From Octopus vulgaris (Eukaryota): DNA of 64,000 nt. Under the pieces are notes generated by a model. That model made no database searches, was not told where the DNA came from, and saw nothing but the letters and a program-made list of their open reading frames with translations. Numbering within the stretch: the first letter of the stretch is position 1; each line of letters opens with the position of its first letter. Positions 50,339-63,120 of the stretch are shown piece by piece. Location of the stretch: positions 55,738,001 through 55,802,000 of the forward strand of contig OX597819.1 of NCBI GenBank assembly GCA_951406725.2, given 5' to 3'. A program made the translations under genes and the position numbers.

Positions 50339-52889
50339 GAAGGACTCCCCCATCAAAGATGACATATGAGTGTTCAGTTTTTGCTGAACGACCTACACAA
50401 ATGATTTGTTTATAGTGATCAAATGTATGTGCTGTACATGAGCTCACTTCGTTTACCAAATCAACATTGCCTGAACAGGTTCACAGTGTACCATACGTCA
50501 GGTGTTGAAGTGATTACAGAGCAACATGAGATGAAGTTATTTTGCTCAAGAACATAATACACCTCTTGGTTTAGTAACTGAAACTGTGATCTTGTATATT
50601 GTGAGTGCAATGCCCGAACCACAAGGTCATGCATCCTCACTATATATATATGTGTGATTAAGTTTGTTTACAATCATATGTTTTAGGTTTGATCCAACTA
50701 TGTGGCATCTTGAACAAATATCTTCTATTATAGCCTTGAATTAACCAGTGACTTGGGAGTGGGGCTTCCCAGGTAATTTGGCTAAGAATGTAATCCAAGG
50801 GAATCCCAAGGATTGTATTCTATTTCCTGGGAATTTCTGGCTATATTAGTTAAAAACTAATTATGAATTGCAAGGCTGTTTGAAAGTGTTTGCCTAATTC
50901 AAGATTGTTTAAAAGTCTTGCACACAATTTAAAGATTTTTCCTAAACGACGAGATGGTGAAGAACGACCTTCGCTCTTTAGGTCTCACAGAGGAAATGAC
51001 CAGAGACTGAGACCTTTGGAAGTATGCTGTGTGTGAGAAGACCCGGCTGGACAAGTGAGGCCATAACCCATGATCCCCTACCTGGAACGTAGTCAGTGCA
51101 CCTATGCATACCTTCCTTCTTGGGACACATAACTCTACTTGTGAAGACCTGTTGAGGCAAGTGAAAATGGAAAAAATGGAGAAAAATCAAAAGCAAACTT
51201 GATGAACATTAATGGAATTTGTAGTTTTGTGGTACCAGTGCCGGTGGCACATACGAAAACCATCCGAACGTGGCCGTAGCCAGTACTGCATTGACTGGCC
51301 TCTGTGCCGGTGGCACGTAAAAAACACCATCCGAGCGTGGCCGTTCGCCAGCCTCGTCTGACACCTGTGTCGGTGGCACATAAAATCACCCACTACACTC
51401 TCGGAGTGGCTGGCATTAGGAAGGGCATCCAGCTGTAGAAACACTGCCAGATCTGACTGACCTGGTGCAGCCTTCGGGCTTCCCAGACCCCCGTTTGAAC
51501 CGTCCAACCCATGCTAGCATGGAAAGCGGACGTTAAACGATGATGATGATGATGATGATGATATTTTCTTAAGAACAAATAGAATTATAATAAGCAAACC
51601 TTCCTCAAAAAGAATCAACCAACTGAAAATAACTTTCTTTATGGAAAATAAACAAGGCGCAGGAGTGGCTGTGTGGTAAGTAGCTTGCTTACCAGCCACA
51701 TGGTTCCGGGTTCAGTCCCACTGCGTGACACCTTGGGCAAGTGTCTTCTACTATAGCCTTGGGCTGACCAAAGTCTTGTGAGTGGATTTGGTAGACAGAA
51801 ACTGAAAGAAGCCCGTCGTATATATATATATATGTATGTGTGACAGTGTTTGCCTCCCAACATCGCTTGACAACCGATGCTGGTGTGTTTACGTCCCCGT
51901 AACTTAGTGGTTCGGCAAAAGAGACTGATAGAATAAATACTAGGCTTACAAAGAATAAGTCCTGGGGTCGAGTTGCTCGACTAAAGGTGGTGCTCCAGCG
52001 TGGCTGCAGTCAAATGACTGAAACAAGTAAAAGAGTAAAGAGTAAGAGAACAAAGGGTGCAGTCATAGCTGTGTGGTAAGAAGTTCGCTTCTTAACCACA
52101 TGGTGTTGTGTTCAATCCCTTAGCATAACACCTCAGGTGAGTGTCTTCTACTATAGACCAGGGCTGATCAAAACCTTGTAAATGGATTTGGTAGACATAA
52201 TCTGAAAGAGGCCTATCATCATCATTGTTTAACATCCGTTTTCCATGCTAGCAAGGGTTGGACTGGACGGTTCAATCGGGGTCTGGGAAGCCAGGAGGCT
52301 GCACCAGGCTCCAGTCTGATCTGGCAGTGTTTCTACAGCTGGATGCCCTTCCTTACACCAACCACTCTGTGAGTGTAGTGGGTGCTTTTTATGTGCCACT
52401 GGCATGGATGCCAGTCAAGGCGGCACTGGCATCAGCCACGTTCGGATGGTGTCTTTTTTACGTCATCGGCATGGGTATCACAACTACAATTCCCATTTGC
52501 TTATCATATACATATATGTGTAGATGTGTGTGTGAGATCATGTTACTGTCTTGTGACAGCTGTAAACAAGTGTTGCCATCATGCAAATTGCTTCCAGTCT
52601 TCCTTGTAATACATGTCTGGCCGTGGGGAAATATTATTTTACTTGTAAACAGGGGAGGGTTGGCAACAGGAAGAACATCTGACCATAAAAAACATCTGCC
52701 ACAAGTTCTATTCGACTCATGCGGGCATGCAAGAATGATGATGAAGAAATAATATCAAGTTAGTTGCTACTGATGGATTTTCCATGAATGCTTTTACCAG
52801 GTGTGTGCTTTTATTAGGAAAGCTATAACAGATAATTAATTTTTTGTGTTTGGTTTGTAAGACAGATAAACCTGGTGTAGAGAGGGAAC

Positions 52890-52930
52890 ATTACTGATGA
52901 GGTTGCAAATGGCAATGAAAGGACTATGAC
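52890..52930 (+). ncRNA. Candidate solitary minimal hammerhead motif with canonical core
   Basis: UUA-CUGAUGA-G-GUUGC(AAAUG)GCAAU-GAAA-GGAC-UA-UGA. Stem II resembles the 19.27-kb family; stems I and III are weak. Confidence 0.4.
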
Positions 52931-52961
52931 AAATCTGAGTGATTGATTAACCGAACAATTA

Positions 52962-53255
52962 CTGTAAATCCTCAAGTATAATATGCAGGGGATTTTTAGG
53001 GGGCTGTACCTCTGAAAAACCTAAACCTTGTATATAATACGCACCCCTTCTCTAACTTGAGTTAAGGAGGCCTATAATATGTCCTTGGTTTGTAAAAATG
53101 TATGTGGTAACGTCCTTTATTATTTATTATTGTATATATAACAATGCAAACGTGTAGCTTTTCAAATTTTCTTCCGACGGCCCTATTACCATGCACTTCA
53201 GCATATGACATAACTACAAGTTGAAACATAGCCGAATAAGATCTACGAGGCATTT
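52962..53255 (-). mobile_element. pogo-like transposon remnant (Brinker-type DNA-binding N-terminus)
   Basis: MPRRSYSAMFQLVVMSYAEVHGNRAVGRKFE, with a TIR-like TA-ctgtaaatcctcaagtataa at ~52960. Confidence 0.65.
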
Positions 53256-56200
53256 TATGGGCATGTAATGTATCATCATTATCATCATCATCGTTTAGCG
53301 TCCGCTTTCCATGCTAGCATGGGTTGGACGGTTCAACTGGGATCTGGGAAGCCAGAAGGCTGCACCAGGCCCAGAAGATTAGTGTACAGGTTTAAGTTCC
53401 ACTTATAATAAAACCCTAGTAAAGACCCACAGTAGTTCAAACATTTAATACTGGTATTTAATTAAGTATCTATTATTTGTCACAGTAATGATTCAAACTG
53501 CCAATACAAACAGCAGGATGAACTATTTAGCACAATTTGTGTGTAATTAAGCCAGCAGCACCTAGTTGAACAAACATTGTTGCAGTAGGCAACATTTATT
53601 AAAATAAAAGTATTCAGAGCACAGAATAACATGTAACAAAAACAATTTGCAAACATATTTACATTCCCATATAACAGTTAAGAACATCACCATTATTATG
53701 ACTTCATTGCTTTCAGGCTTAGCTTAATTTTCATGCCCATAGTTAATTGGTTAAATATTGACTGATAATAATAATAATAAGTGAAACAGAATCAGTGCAC
53801 ATGTTCATTGTTGGCATAATGACCATAATGAGATATTACAGATAAAGGTTTGGTTTTAACAAATAATGGTTCTCATTCAATGCTGATGATTCAATGTAAA
53901 ATGAAAATTAAAAAATGAGGTAAGTGAAATAGTTAAAAGAAAGGGGAACAACGTAAAATTCAGTATTCTTTCTTTATGTAATTTTTCTTTTGTATTTGTT
54001 TCAGTTATTAGACTGTGGCCATGCTGGGGCACTGCTTTGAAGAACCATGTGGTTGAGAAGCAAGCTTCTTACCACACAGCCCCTTCTGTGCTTAATCTCA
54101 CAATAAAGTACCAGTCAGGTACAGTTGAATGCATTCTGAAAATGGCATCTATGTAGAATACTGAAGATCACTTAAAAGTACAGAATCACAATCATTGAAG
54201 GCTTGAGATGAGCCACTCTATACAGCTTGCAGGAGATTGTGGCAGGAAGAGATTTGCAGATCACGTTTCTCAACTGCCAGAACAAATACCAAGGACAGCT
54301 ATACAATGGGTACCACCAGAGGGATGAGGGAAGTAGGGGGTAGCGAAGAAGACACAGCATGGATCTTTCCAAGATGTTAACTCTTTCGTTACCAACCCGG
54401 CTGAAACTGGCTCTGGCTCTGAATACAAATGTCTTATTTTCATAATCGAAATTGAACCAATCCTATGACTGGCACCCGGCAGATGCCAGGACCCCTGGAC
54501 TGGAGATACGTAAAAAGCACTATCCGAATCGTGGCCGATGCCAGCTCCACCTCAACTGGCTTCCGTGTCGGTGGCACGTAAAAAGCACCATCCGAATCGT
54601 GGCCGAAGCCAGTGCCGCCTCGACTGGCTTCCGTGCAGGTGGCACGTAAAATGCACCAATCCGACATTGGCCGATGCCAGCCTCGCCTGGCACCAGTGCA
54701 GGTGGCACGTAAAAAGCACCCACTACACTCACGGAGTGGTTGGCGTTAGGAAGGGCATCCAGCTGTAGAAACATTGCCAGATAAGACCGGAGCCTGGTGC
54801 AGCCTTCTGGCTTCCCAGATCCCCGGTCGAACCGTCCAACCCATGCTAGCATGGAGAACGGACGTTAAATGACGATGATGATGATGATGATGAAACCTTA
54901 GTCACAATTTATATTTCTAACATTAGCTTAATGATAACTAAGTTATTTTACTAAATTCTTTGTTATATTTAAAGTAATTGAAAGAAACAGAGAGCATCTC
55001 AAAATAAATACAGTAAAGAAAGGGTTAAGTAACTAAGCATCCCCTAGGATAATGCATGTGACTATGCTCAAAACAGTGATTATTGAAGACATCTTGCTGC
55101 CTGATAAACAGGAAGAACTAAGACTAAGTAGTGGCTTCTCTACAATTGACTATTTCCTTTCCACCAAGTTTATGGCCATGTACCTATGTTAAAAACATTA
55201 TTATTTGAAGTTAAGCTGGCAGAATTGCTAGCATGCTGGGCAAAATGCTTAGCAGTATTTCATCTGCTGTTACATTCTGAGTTCAAATTCCGCCTTTCAT
55301 CTTTGTGGGCTTGATTAAATAAATACCAGTTCAGCACTGGGGTCGATGTAATCGACTTAATCCCTTCCCTCGAATTTGAGGCCTTGTGCTTCCAGTAGAA
55401 GGAATTATTATTTAGAGTTCTTGAAGGTGGTGAGCTGGCAGAATCATTAGAATGCTGAGTGAAATGCTTAGTGGCATAGCATCTGTCACTACGCTCTGAG
55501 TTCAAATTCCGCTGAAGTCGACTTTGCCCTTCATCCTTTCGGGATTGGTGAAAAATGTACCAGTCATGTACTAGGGTCAATGTAATCGACTATCCTCCTC
55601 CCCACAGATTCCAGGCCTTGTGCCTATAGTAGAAATATTTATTTGGAGTTATATGGTTTGACCAAAGAGCAATTACCACAATTCTGAAAACTAAGACTAA
55701 AATATACTTACATAGAATAATTTTTTGAACTATTAACCTCACTTTTAGAGATTGAAGATATATATACTTCAGTGGCCTACTGGCTAAGGTTGTTCTTAGC
55801 CACAATTTGGAAACAAAGGTTGCTGGTTTGAACCCAGTCCAATACTAAGTATACATCAAGGGATAAGATATCTGATGACATTTTGGAGATCAAACTGCTT
55901 GAAACTTTATGTGGAGATGTAAGCATTAAATATCTTTCATCTCTAAAGATGAATTTAAACCTTTTGATACTAACCAGTTTGAGACTACTCCTGGTTCTAT
56001 GATAAAATCTTCCTGTTTTAATTGCTCTAAATTTAAAATTTCCATTAAAATTCCATGTTCATTTGTGTCCCAAACACCAGATTAATAATGACAAAGCTAT
56101 TTTACTAAATTCTTAATTATTTTAAAAAATTAAATGATCTAAAAGCAGTGCATTTCAACAGGAATATGTTAACAAAAGGGTTAACAACCTGAAAAATGAT

Positions 56201-56427
56201 AATTGATCTTGGATATTTAATCAAGAACCAATACAATTGTTTGACTTAAGAATAAGTAAAATGTTTGCTTCAAATTTGAAACAACTAATTCATATAAGAA
56301 AAAAAAAACTGTTAAAATGTACACAAAGTCAAACAAAAATGAAAAGACAAAGTAGTTATAGAAGAAAAATAACCAAAACTTTAATTCAATTATTAAAGTC
56401 AAATACACACATAGATAAAAATTCCAT

Positions 56428-56863
56428 TTAATAGGTTGATGGCCTATCTAAGAATGATTTCTTTTTTACAAACTCTTTTTTAATGAATCTGTTCTCTCTG
56501 TAAATCTTTGGTTGAGTTAGTGAATGTTTTGTTTTCTTAGTCTTATCAAAGAGAAAACCATCATAAGGTACAAGGACATGGCGTCCTTTTAAGAGTCGTT
56601 TCCATATAGTTTCAATGCCTCCTTTTGTTAGTATGCGTTTATGAAGACTATTCATGTGTATGCGTTTCCATACATTTGGTTTATAATTGATAATTTTCTT
56701 ACATCGCACTGATTGCTGGAGAACAGCAGGGTTTTGGTCATTCTGTGATAAAATAGTTTCATGGCTTGGATTTACAGCAGCCGATGTGGTAGGGAGTAAG
56801 TTTGTTCCATTTGTCAAAGATGAGGGAAGGTTTCTGCACAATGTCGAGAAGTAATTGATGGAT
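56428..56863 (-). CDS. MRPL34: Probable mitochondrial ribosomal protein bL34m, last coding exon
   Basis: Pyrimidine tract + gacag acceptor on - strand. Contains QSVR...YKPNVWKRIHMNSLHKRILTKGGIETIWKRLLKGRHVL, fitting the bL34 pattern Y.P...KR....R..T..G...I.RR..KGR..L, then a Lys-rich tail. Stop TAA at 56430-56428. Confidence 0.72.
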
Positions 56864-58649
56864 CTGTCCCATGCGAAAAATAAAAAAGAAGTAAATATAA
56901 AATATAAAGCTTGGTTATCATGTATAATTTGTGAGGTAAAACAATAAAGAATATCAAGTTGATTTGCAGGTGAAAATACATAATTATAAAATGCAAATCT
57001 TATGTTCCAGAAAATTGATTTAGTACAAAACCTTACATGGAGCCCCAAGGTTCATGTGACCTTGGTTGAGAACCACTGATCTGGGACTTCACCATCTAAT
57101 TCATCCTTTCCTTTTTAAAATTGTATGGTGCAAGCTGAGGGAGATTTAGCTGCTAATTCTATTAAGCCAAGTGACCATGCAGTGATTTGAGTAAGTGTTT
57201 GTGTGTATGTGTCATCATCATTTTCACTGTTTAACATCCATTTTCCCTGCTGGCATGGGTTGGCATGAGAACCAGCAGCTGCACCAGGGTCCAATCAGAT
57301 CAGGCAATGTTTCTACAGCTGGACGCCCTTCCTAATACCAACACCCAGAGTGCAGTGGGTGCTTTTTATGTGCCACCAGCACAAGAGCCAATCAGGCAGG
57401 CCTGGCATCGATCACGTTCGGGTAATGCTTTTTAAGTGCCACCAACATAGGGGTCAGTCGGGGGTACTGGCATTGGCCACATTCAGATGGTGCTTTTTAA
57501 GTGCCACTGGCACAAGAGCCAGTCAGGGGGTACTGGCATTGGCCACATTTGGATGGTACTTTTTATGTGCCACTGGCATGAGAGCCAGTCAGGGGGTACT
57601 GGCATCGGCCACATTCAGATGGTGCTTTTTACGTGTTACCGGCACAGGAGCCAATCAAGCGAGCCTGGTGAAACAATTTCTCTAAATTGCAATAATAATT
57701 TTTTGCTTCAAATTTTGGTACAAGGCCAGCAGTTTTGGGGAGGAGTTAAATGATTACATTGACCCCAGTGTTCACCTGATACTTATTTTATCGACTCCGA
57801 GAGGTTGAAAGGCAAAGTCAACCTCGGTGGAATTTGAATTCAAAACAAAGCTGAAATTCTACTAAGCCTTTTGTCCAGCATGCTAACAATTCTGTCAGCT
57901 TGCTACCTTAATTGCAATACTAATTATTAATGTTAAATGAAAGTTAGTGAATCGGTTGAATCGTTAGAGTATCGTACAAAATGCAATTTCAGTATTTAGC
58001 ATTCACGTTCCGAGTTCAAATCCTACTGATGTTAATTTTGCTTTTCATCTTCTGGGGTCCATAAGTGATATCTCTTGATCAGCTACGTGTTCAGATCCTG
58101 CCAGAGTCAATTTTTTTTATCTTCCTTTTCAGGCCGAGAACATAAATATCAATCAAGTACTGACATTGATGATAGTGTCTTAGTCCTCCACTCAAAACTG
58201 CTGGTGTTGTGCCTAATTAGAAATCATTATTATAACTAACAAATGACTAAACTCATTGTTCTATCATTCGAAACTTAACCGTTTACAGAAAACTGATTTA
58301 ATTTCGTCAACTCTGTACATGTACTTATAGATGGTAAATTTTAACGACTACAAAATGTAATACATTCGTTCTGTTTGGAGGGAGAGCTATATGGTTTCAA
58401 CAACTGACTCAGCAAGAAGTCCGTTATTTTAATGAATAATTCCGACAGATACGGTGTAAAAATATCAAAAATAAATAGGATAACGTAATATGAAGGGTAG
58501 ACAATCACATATGCTTAGAAACACATGTCAAGAGTTATTTCCCCTACAAGCTGAGGCTTGATCAATATTAATGGGCTTATCTTCACGAGTATTGCAAGAA
58601 ATGAAAGCATTTTACATAGGATCTGATATAAATATATATATTATATATA

Positions 58650-58690
<41 letters not shown>

Positions 58691-61600
58691 AGTAAATGTA
58701 CTGTATATATAAATATGTTTAAAGCATTACTTTCCACATATTGGTTCTTAATTTTTGGATGAGTAGAAAGGTGACCCAAATTTATATTTACAAATAGTTT
58801 TTGTTTAGCTCCAGCATAGACTTTATCAAGCAGATCTACGACCATTTGGAATTTTTTTTAGGGTAACACAGGAGTAGGTGGCAAAAATAAAAAACAAAAA
58901 ACAAAAACAAAATAAAAACTCCTCCTGAAATTATATTTTCTCAAATACTCCAAGGGCTTCAAGAAGTAGTTAATAGCTTCATTTACTTAAGGAAATTTAA
59001 TTAGGTATGGAATTGGGTGTTTTGAGAGTAAAGTTACCTGAGTAAGAACAGGGAAAGAAAATGTTCAGAGAACTGTTACGTATGCTAGCAACAAAGAGAC
59101 TCTCATTTTGAGTTAAGGGCAGATTACATAACCCTTCTTTGAAATGTGTTGTTGTATAGATGTGAAACATGAGCACTGGATGCAGGCTATGTGCAAATGC
59201 TTGAATGAAATGAGGCAGGTAAGCTTTACAGGATGTTAATATTGGTGTGCATGAATACTCATGCCAGTGCCACGTAAAAACCAAGCCAAATCAGACTGGA
59301 ATCTGGTGCAGCTTCCCTGCTTGCCAGCTCTGGTCAAACAGTCCAACCCATGCCAGCATGGAAAATGGATGTTTGACGACGACGATGATGATGACGAACA
59401 AAGGAGCACAAACGAATTGAGAGAGCAGGAGTGGCTGTGTGGTAAGTAGCATTCTTACCAACCACATGGTTCTGGGTTCAGTCCCACTATGTGGCACCTT
59501 GGGCAAGTGTCTTCTACTATAGCCTTGGGCCGACCAAAACCTTGTGAGTGGATTTGGTAGACAGAAACTGAAAGAAGCCTGTCGTATATATGTATATATA
59601 AATATATATATGTGTGAGTGTGTGTATATGGTTGTGTGTCTGTGTTTGTCACCCACCAACATCGCTTGACAACTGATGCTGGTGTGTTTATGTCCCCCGT
59701 AACTTAGCGGTTCGGCAGAAGAGACCGATAGAATAAATACTAGGCGTACAAAGAATAAGTCCTGGGGTCGATTTGCTCTCGACTAAAGGCAGTGCTCCAG
59801 TCAAATGATGGAAACAAGTAAAAGAGTAAGACTGTGCTGGTTTGGACATGTGATATGGATGAAGGATGACAACAGGATAAAGAAGTGCCAAGTAATCTAA
59901 GTGGAAGGAACCAGCAGAAGAGGAAGACCAAAGGCATGGGAAAAAGTCAACGATATCTTGAGAGGCTAGAACTCATGGAAGAGATGATAACAAGATTACA
60001 GCAAGTAGCCAGGCATAGTGAAGACCTAGCCAACCCATGCAAGAATGGAAAAATGCACATGATAATAGTGTATCTAGATATGCAATAGGTCCGTCCTTTC
60101 TTTTTCTAAGACTATAGAGTGAGACTTGGCTGTTATTTTCTGTAGGCTGAGTGACCTTGGAGAGGGTCTTCTATTGGTCTGCTTGTGACTATTTTATTGG
60201 TTGCAGGAAGATAAAACCTAACAGTAGGTCAGTAATTGATCATGCTAAAGATTTTATAACACTAAAATTATGTTCTCACCCATTATTCTAAGAACTAGAA
60301 AGAAAAACAAAGTTGATCACAGTTCCAATGCTACTGACCATTAGTCTGTTTGATCAGAATTGACCTGGATAAAGAATGACAGCCTAGAAAGCATGTCATG
60401 CAGGAAATGTATGCAGTTGCAAAATGTGAATGCATAATGCCCTAATGGTTAGGGTGTTGACCTTGTACTCTTGAGCAAGGCACTCCATTTCAAGTTGCTC
60501 CAGTTTCTATGGACCAGATGGTGAGTGTTAAACCAAGTTATGGGTGTAGTTTAAGCAGAGTCCACTCTGTAGTAAACATTCAGGCCAAATCCTTAGTCAA
60601 GATATCTTCCTCTCATAAGTCAGAATCTGCAAAAAAACAAAAAGGCTAAGGGCAATGCTCTTTCACCCCTGATCAATTCATTAAAAAAAAACACCTCAGT
60701 ATGAAGCCAATCCATAGATACCGAAGGTGATCTAGCTGCTATTTCTACCAGGTTGAGCAAACATGTTGCATGTGGCGACTATACAGTATTTTTTGAAAAC
60801 TAGTTGTTTAATAGCATCAAATTATAGAAATCCTCAGACAATGCAGAATAAGTTTTATAAAGGAAAAAAGAAATTACAGTAACACTTCACCATTTTTCCA
60901 TCAACTATATGCATGAACACTTAACAGGAAATAGCAGCCAAATTTCCTGCAAACAGTGTCTTACTGTCTCAAAAAAAGAAGGATGTATTATGATGTGATG
61001 TAGTCCTAGATATACATGCTCAAATAAAAGGAGAGATGGGCACAACAAAGCAGCTGTGAAGATATATTTGTCAGCATCTGTTTACAAATCCTTTCCTGTA
61101 ATAGACTACTATCATATACAGGAGGAAATTTGCCTGTCATTCCACTTAAGGGTACAGATATTGCAGTAAAGTATCAACCTAATGGATCCTTGTGGTTCCT
61201 GAAAAAGAAATGAAGGTGACAACTCTAATTAAAATGTAGCAAATTTTCACAAACCTGACATAAGAAGCCATAGAAGCCATTCATTTAAATAACAATGAAA
61301 TATGTCTCATTATGCATTAACAACTGTTGTAATAACTTCAGAAGCACAAGGCAGTGAGGGTGCTTGTACCTCGTTGCTCAACCTACAAGTCAAATGTTCC
61401 TCATATCACACTGAATAGAAGGACACATTGGCCGATGCCAGCACCGCCCCGACTGGCTTCTGTGCAGGTGGCACATAAAAAGCACCAACCGACCGTGGCC
61501 GACGCCAGATCCCTCTGGCACCTGTGCAGGTGGCACGTAAAAAGCACCCACTACACTCGCGGAGTGGTTGGCGTTAGGAAGGGCATCCAGCTGTAGAAAC

Positions 61601-62514
61601 ACTGCCAGACCAGACTGGAGCCTGGGGCAGCCCCTGGCTCCCCAGACCCCGGTCGAAACCGTCCAACCCGTGCTAGCGCGGAAAACGGACGTTAAACGAT
61701 GATGATGATGATTGGATAATTTTGTTAGAGATATATCAATTGCAAAAAAAAAAAAAAAAGAAAAGAAAAAACCCATAAAAGTCACAAAATCTCATGAGTT
61801 ATCTTTCATGATAGTTTTTGTTATGTCCCACCCTCAGTATTTCATATATGAACAATGAGTACAGGATAATAGAGTGGGGCACAATGAGGAGTTTTTATTG
61901 CATTTATGAATGAGAAAAAAGATATTTTTTTTAACAAATATTCATCATCAACGTTTAACGTCCGTTTTCCATGCTGGCATAGGTTGGACGGTTTGACTAA
62001 GTTCTGGAGAGCCAGCGGCTGCACCAGGCTCCAATCTGATCTGGCAATATTTCTACAACTGGATGCCCTTCCTAACGCAAGCCACTCTGAGAGTGTAGTG
62101 GGTGCTTTACCTTATAAAAGCTATATCAGATAAGTAAATGGCCTTCTCTAAATGCATTAAATCACTATAACATATTCAGAACACTATTTCAGAAAATTAT
62201 CCCCTTTCTCTTTGAGCATATAAAAGACAAATTTTTTCGGGGCAAAATGAATAAGCCGAGACAAGGTAATTTTGTTTCTTCAATTCTCCAGAATTACACT
62301 TGAAAACAAACTCAAACACATCAATATCAATTCTCAGACATCAGAAAGGTTAGAAATGCAATACTTGCAATGTAATGATTTCAAACGGGTAGAATGAAAA
62401 TAACAAAAAAAAAAATCAAAGATTACTCATTTTACCCCGATTACTAATTTTGCCCCACCCACTATTAAAAAGACCGTAAAAATTGTGTGCTCTTCGGAGA
62501 AAAGAAATATAGTT

Positions 62515-62670
62515 GAAGAGTGGTCCCGGTGCGCGCACTCGCGCTAGCTAGTCGTGACTAGTCGATCCTTAATTTGTGTTTTATTTACTTTGCTAGGTAG
62601 TCGTTGTAGGATCGACTAGTCATGACTAGCTAGCGCGGATGCGCGAGTACGCGCACCGGGACCACTCTTC
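62515..62670. mobile_element. CpG-rich hairpin MITE with ~65-70-bp TIRs in the bL34m intron
   Basis: gaagagtggtcccggtgcgcg...gactagtcgatcct pairs with aggatcgactagtc...cgcgcaccgggaccactcttc across an AT-rich spacer of ~38 bp. Confidence 0.85.
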
Positions 62671-63064
62671 TTAGATAGTACCGTAGATTAGAACATGCGG
62701 AAGTTCATAATATACACAACAATCCTCAAATACCCCTTTTAAATTTACACTCCTTTCGTACATGAAAACATAGTGAGGGTTTGAGCACAGCAAAAAAAAA
62801 AGGAAGCGACATTGAAGACTTTATGTCGCTGAAATAAATCTTAGTCCATAATCCGAGGGCAGGAAAAAAAAAAAAAGACGAAGTGGTCATAGTTGCAATA
62901 ATGTTGATTATAAGGTCTGCTCGATCACGGCTGACCTGGCGCTAAACACGTTTTCGTAGGGAACATGTGAAGGACAAACACGTACAAGGCATGATAATTA
63001 ATGCAAAATGTGTCTGTTAGATGATATCCAGTTTGTCAGTTTAAATAAGGTGCATAAAACTTAC

Positions 63065-63120
63065 CTGGGAATCAGTCCAGTCGATGATACGACTGATAAT
63101 TTACAAAATAACTTTGACAT
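63065..63120 (-). CDS. MRPL34: Probable first coding exon of the bL34m gene (start of mitochondrial targeting peptide)
   Basis: ATG at 63120, MSKLFCKLSVVSSTGLIP(R), strong donor CAG|GTAAGT. Phase 2 fits the 56863 acceptor, giving a 163-aa protein whose N-terminus is S/L/K/R-rich and lacks acidic residues. Confidence 0.7.
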
